Shown in pieces: positions 62,901 through 64,000 of a stretch of DNA of 64,000 nt. Every line of letters begins with the position of its first letter. Within the stretch, counting starts at the first letter, position 1. Where the stretch lies: the NCBI GenBank assembly GCA_964634945.1, contig CAZWMG010000001.1, forward strand, positions 116,825-180,824, written 5' to 3'. The DNA is from an uncultured Planctomycetia bacterium. Its GTDB lineage: Bacteria; Omnitrophota; Gorgyraeia; JABMRG01. A program made the translations under genes and the position numbers. The notes beneath the pieces are model-generated. The model made no database searches. It saw only the letters and a program-made list of their open reading frames with translations, and was not told the DNA's origin.

Positions 62901-64000
62901 GTAAAGTTCATATTTTCTGCTATATTCAGCTTCTCTAATGGTGTAAAGTTTCCGTTATTATCCAGCACGCCTCGTTCAATATGTTTTTCGCTGTCAGGGC
63001 CGTTTATCTTTGACCTGACTACCAAGCTGTCACCACCCTCTAGTGTTGACTTGACATTAATCATCTCAAGGAATACATGCATTTTTGAATCATCACTAGT
63101 AATAATATTAATCGCTCCATCAATATCCGCGTCCCAGGATACATGTTGCACCATGCCTGAGTCATTCTTAAAAGTAAGTGAGCCAGACCTAAACTCTACG
63201 CCGCCTGCTATGCTCATCTTCATGCCCTGCCCGAATAAGCTAATCTGGCCAGTTGAAATATCTAGCTTAAACTTAAGTATTGTTGCCTCGCCTGACTCCT
63301 TATCTATATACGCACCGATACGCAGGCTTCCATCAGATAGCTTATTTATAACATGGAATTGTGAGTTTATATCTTTTGCGTTAAGATCCTTACTGCCACC
63401 TTCTACCTTGGGAACATATGTAAACTCCGCTTCTTTACCAAACTGGGCGTATATACCGGTATCATCTATTACAAATTTACCTTCTACGCCATTCAATTTT
63501 AGAGTACACTCGGCTATCTTTAAAATATCCGCTTGGTCTATTGTCTGGAACGTACCATTTTCAGTTATTGTTATATGAACTGTTATATCCTGTCCGTTCA
63601 CATCTAATTCTAATGAGTCATCAGAACCAAGGAATTGTGAAATTATCTTCTGGCTTGTAAGTTTTGTATCGTAGCTAATCTGGCCAAGTCCGGTAGGCTT
63701 GAAGCCGTCCTTTGTCCAGCTTACACTTGTGGTTTTAGTGGATTTTGAATTGTCAAAGGTGTATTTATCATATGTTACAACACAGCCTGCGGCGATACTC
63801 ATGTTCATGCCCTGGCCAAACAGAGTTATTACTCCACCGGATAATATATCAAGCTTGAACTTTAACGTTCCGCTAGCTGAGGCGCCTATTAGGGTTACAC
63901 CGTCTTTTGTGCTTGATATTGCCTTGAATTCAGAGCTTATAACTTTCGCATTATCCGGAGTGCCGCCTTTTGTCTCTTTATACCATAGCTTCGCTTCCGG
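50969..64000 (-). CDS. Giant multidomain protein (at least 4343 aa, 5' end outside the window) with SecA-like ATPase domain and HEXXH motif
   Basis: Frame checked by hand from 63809 to 64000: no stop codon; SecA-like motifs at ~55400-57350; HELSH at 52697-52711; N-terminal repeats. Confidence 0.9.
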   Translation of the reverse strand, partial: PEAKLWYKETKGGTPDNAKVISSEFKAISSTKDGVTLIGASASGTLKFKLDILSGGVITLFGQGMNMSIAAGCVVTYDKYTFDNSKSTKTTSVSWTKDGFKPTGLGQISYDTKLTSQKIISQFLGSDDSLELDVNGQDITVHITITENGTFQTIDQADILKIAECTLKLNGVEGKFVIDDTGIYAQFGKEAEFTYVPKVEGGSKDLNAKDINSQFHVINKLSDGSLRIGAYIDKESGEATILKFKLDISTGQISLFGQGMKMSIAGGVEFRSGSLTFKNDSGMVQHVSWDADIDGAINIITSDDSKMHVFLEMINVKSTLEGGDSLVVRSKINGPDSEKHIERGVLDNNGNFTPLEKLNIAENMNFTAKIAGREFNVTLTTGKRILFTTKLDKNSKDNLKVIFDGKEVNFADNLSSLTIELNKQGRFVLAEDLKSGGYVLSAGVTQIEMKDGDISIGLGTGYNENTNKIFIVKDNLDVTSEISYQGAKITLQQWHNESMSLSDFVLGYNKATKTIITFVSKQKLQEYLNDINISASAKKLITMLIELSTTIMYGKDGDNDLIAVQAVDSSKIIPYSVLIEKLEDRLSQIEVDLMVKEDWLMGADSDELSDAQRAAYAQEKVEILATIDKYKNTTDKDSEKYEQSFVVMPILCNPADQKISGTIGALFALLAGGIAQGKLDESDINAFLNTLTEQGLIDIENGQGLADMNPAQLAKLSVYMQSLVNASTKLFEEYESQKGIGSWFTDDPDNPYEFVSESLANNKVNAEDKGLWSAYKIAACMNQIFLENLEAEVDALTDEIKGLLQMVTLIDSDFYDKDQIADCKARIDAKKQNMQDGFGKYLNNIQNSEVSYNIQFQTAREKGAGIVSDKDGLSVTINFISDSPDSLMALSVLSGGHTIKITDFTYTGKEYRLSINLSTPNVTLSALGLTIGELNEKDSATIVPALQRTIAEVYVDATYDCMLTGQDRQDQIDKVSTELLSGMNALQLLEQADVLGMYIDENIAVTTYSSSGETTGDVAMQADIAIPNDIINVTVNSVSSSTGVITSSGMLKSYTYIRDGVLITASQTLTDMQGNQELVTATRTSDDSFIITSGQDNANISYDADTSILRLSIETKYWYQHITGNNETIYQMTSIDISTGQQSVLDSASEGALFAYRMGAAVSWAVYHLGSAIGYVAASVASLLNGESFDVDFTVTSIDDMYKIQNDSTYKYTLAGAEMLIDIALLAAGGIILRGIKSVLNIALKATTSIARTIGSIKSIEAVAKILNIAAKPLTYVGSKITTASTKVASAVTKAAAGEGIMAAASQRLIAASKVVASLSTKWAKHMYKHGIATVWNLTYGMSISLHLAGSMASAGLNTFGITDDFVANMRPGALKTIYGTMRQMGKGSVLNALAENLNPQRILFTAVFTALSPALVALGHRIANFTSNRVSGPFKDVAARTSSSWAMKFSITADSTLKSAISGGSFLNGALNAITFLTLVRLPQTIGRIIAKSFSAVSSFIQGKLAYLAEAPEATMLGKLGGFSSRIVGGIYEEAIKEVILARLFLSWMPEGLQEFVVEISDVLDGKSVGVSVKQFTDSATRVANNITKLCESINKASKKSIAGVYEDYAAQETFAGELTQARTVGMVKVAVKQVAAQAKAIDSQTATKAQQIELVDAAAKMELALSTLEQALPQMKQKLDASASDIKTLKVDIDNTRTGLRSIFANTTLNMTTSVEDSGQDVELSPQYNARFATSAAGVIGNVAKAAKDIKHNAARASLAESVKNIVQAADIAVEKISKINLDTAEIEFGGLASLVELKQLTEEIVLNKKDLKSLVDSDALDRIDMLEQALLSGTLKDVDSEIASKQALETVTQIEEETQEIVARASRLLVDSFKANGETKKELELESFEEYVQVIKNNPRATSAILKSIIDNAAAVQAASPANDININSALDSFLDFARLDTYVKNILRQALYEAMIHTESGQDDFDYIVAGLTNNEDEQKTIIEKRRFYQQFNNKFIKQMLRKLELTRTLTPEQNDFVEKAGEAIVNAVQKEASGAMELLDVADSKHSESRVKIVLFKDQMADMAKGISELTASFDELQKEIISARNDGNKTLQKAKEKEAATLQNQINERRSELNEKQVEYENLTEGSGDAYKAFVDRVKDIATGLSVTITKTDIKGNRNEVEEACLELDETEHATDDVQALAFGLAIANLLAARESALSNKEIGLRAKQQKFIKSLFEGKFGALSMAGGKTYAFAAEMCIESLIKGNDLAGMVILESPQAVDKYLNPLSDKDDGNKGLEHSQYTLLHGFGLKMVSGDKLIDDFKNASAEGKAGKRAAYKKVTEAFNDPNQVVIISREARGHLQNTIAHAENDELFNAVAKTNILRIDEFDSVLKVRDTFIEGGLAEKEVTAEKLEAIEKIFKIFKGGVLETKKGKKLNIRDLKGDVELFKSNYRNTGMAVCYDREFDAVYASRELQNELTKEGIKLSEVESVLRALNHRIGQDYLVTADKKIVPVGQGRAKYSSMFQDMGYVIAIALQHNKYINDTDDDSAIAELHRQITDNEEILVTGLTYNATNMQSTLREIFGMNSRAHVAGGSGTFFEVIAMLPAVTGIEIDFERSEIPVFTKDSDGNDIVYKMIDLVGVDDSALPGAIASANEKMSEYRELEIDNKTFGRIHPSHMLCKYADEKVLIAQIVSGAIESLRTQGGVAIYTANEDMRKRTQEELERRIKGDDILRKRLRDAIYKKLQRIIDEQNSVIEKLDKNDPNMKRKEENIKDLIEALGADQNRLDKDIVKYIVKDENNIVASNEDGDVNEIAKQAQRGHAVFINEGGLIGLNYNGDVDIHIVADELAEDLLLQGLYRVQRSESDIATRVIYVNKESLKKRLEYLRGNLTQLSNMISPEQYRQNDEFKNTKTLLDKFASSKDDIDGFIENDFQSATQLMLKVVGAIQMSKSNAYIITDVAQGYLVEAAKNLLRKYGSENPETAQTSEGKVLEKHLLKLLDKQSDQRSAALDLLDKPMDAEALITEIFNTNASIGVEFIKSLMEDMESVKTAESIRIVERELKPLLSEYEGVILRKSSGQAYESTFKDAETYSELYNAARRFIPYVLPSFSGDVAGAFRQTLTAAQARTARTLEAQDEDVEERTLTVDEVEIALKTAIKDAQDDIESAKGEGTVNASVDANAAVGQLVRFMRDNDMVDNDNNLTVRGMMVLEVAIKIISLKMALPPEEFQQIVKMLKDNDRSIKDDSEASIAVSVIGLIGTSNSLKDFDANGLYEIAKEYNALKKKFPGLEFTQTNLKKALLNTEEPLAARREFAKALVIAYNKGDIKSNEKFLKYLRRKVAIDDLEERIAITQYRIAEQKKESKKKELKKTLRMLKNRFRAKQIMFKVAKPSDEKIDIMVSDIAGDDVMTHLAIKAAISIEFAQDIDNTRMLTEDSYAFADNDQLFDMANATLKYARAKTKLEKKRERLLFASKIYRIKREKKSLEEELQALDLDDDVDKKRSMVIKAKILKLNKQLELIVEPLLKKNQELNEAATSYAKAYISIHNLNVKDINARITSFLKARSSSANEADIEANLTELYHDIKLDKVNNQDAYIDEFMKKHLANLDMKSGFYEEVQKVYRDFAQTATDSVLVKWAGDKLTISSNSARRDIKELINALNVAFSSMDSIKDYLSKKGNGEELTQLFDVLMDAAKNGSPDGVVVRMVKKTAGGSVAEKAQAERVVIFSEEGNIVARPTIALSRDFIKFAKAAIDHDATSGKIASGWLILEQMLHELSHFNDEISWLTTSLSKDLADEIKNKIIVDGLMSKILYDSPEFLETVDYLREKTVNSMGGAKGHYAYRLNTFTNVNEEGIRTRKTFDEIIEEVVEQSIEQFEDQAVSGNASDEYKEAVETLKNSQEKIANGIKDVKGEYKYSPEQMRTAITSLLSDILNIKPSYDMKEHKASIKARQAIVPQLVAAGLLDKTSQGNPKAVDGAFNRFIKLSKAAEKVSKAYEAALKDLPVEDGLEDAKAQSTQQAAARAKAEPVAQREVLRLKKEGVLKQKQFVRDVPLSVQLINMNNFIMQAYIEALDVAAGKEQGEDAQQPAATSGSKEPVSQTTTTDAPKISPEEKPSPDILKQSSSGLIEKGLSYTQTGSEPVSDSKSASAGIIIDVSEFGLDTAQTAVNIVNTVTTQGYKLPITAGQALVLESDTVTDMLAETLGVIINKMPNNVKETVSISVYGDNSAQAVSKLKEHGITVTTGLKKASTATIVYRYNKPASITADQTRFVQVEQSAGTANNIVTASQVVLAIFRVPFKQLAAFMNERGIEIGISNENWESMFGNSGSGTIRIKPIDNDEIKRINDLVAQNA

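Noticed and set aside
51015-63578. Many + strand ORFs (up to 276 aa) opposite the giant gene, and similar ones opposite era, dnaE, groEL and ppdK
   Set aside because: Antisense shadows of real genes; Ser/Ile/Phe-rich with no motifs
63806-63808. ORF-track start of the giant gene
   Set aside because: The frame stays open to 64000 and this Met lies inside a repeat unit

Overview
AT-rich bacterial chromosomal window. Almost every gene is on the - strand; the exception is a + strand block, spoVG-yraN-comM-RAYT (12.4-15.3 kb). Most of it is housekeeping: era, UvrD/PD-(D/E)xK helicase-nuclease, apt, sigma70, ppdK, glySQ, recO, ybeY, a PgpH-like HD protein, aspS, hisS, HU, dnaE, guaB3, groESL with a perfect CIRCE, an Lgt-like gene and tRNA-Arg(CCU). 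Gene content (PilZ proteins, alginate-export-type porin, TIGR04073-like protein, giant ORF) suggests a diderm such as Candidatus Omnitrophota; this is inference only. The main point of interest is a giant ORF (50969 to beyond 64000, at least 4343 aa, open past the window edge). From N to C it carries ~195-aa beta-rich repeats, a hydrophobic Ala/Gly helical region, a full collinear set of divergent SecA-like ATPase motifs, coiled coils, an HEXXH motif and a C-terminal globular domain. Second, a RAYT/Y1 HUH transposase gene is bounded by perfect 13-bp inverted repeats that abut the stop codons of both neighbours, and several families of intergenic palindromic repeats (GGGAC-type, REP-like mosaics, 6/7-mer periodic palindromes) are scattered through the window. 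All calls come from motif recognition by eye; no searches were run.
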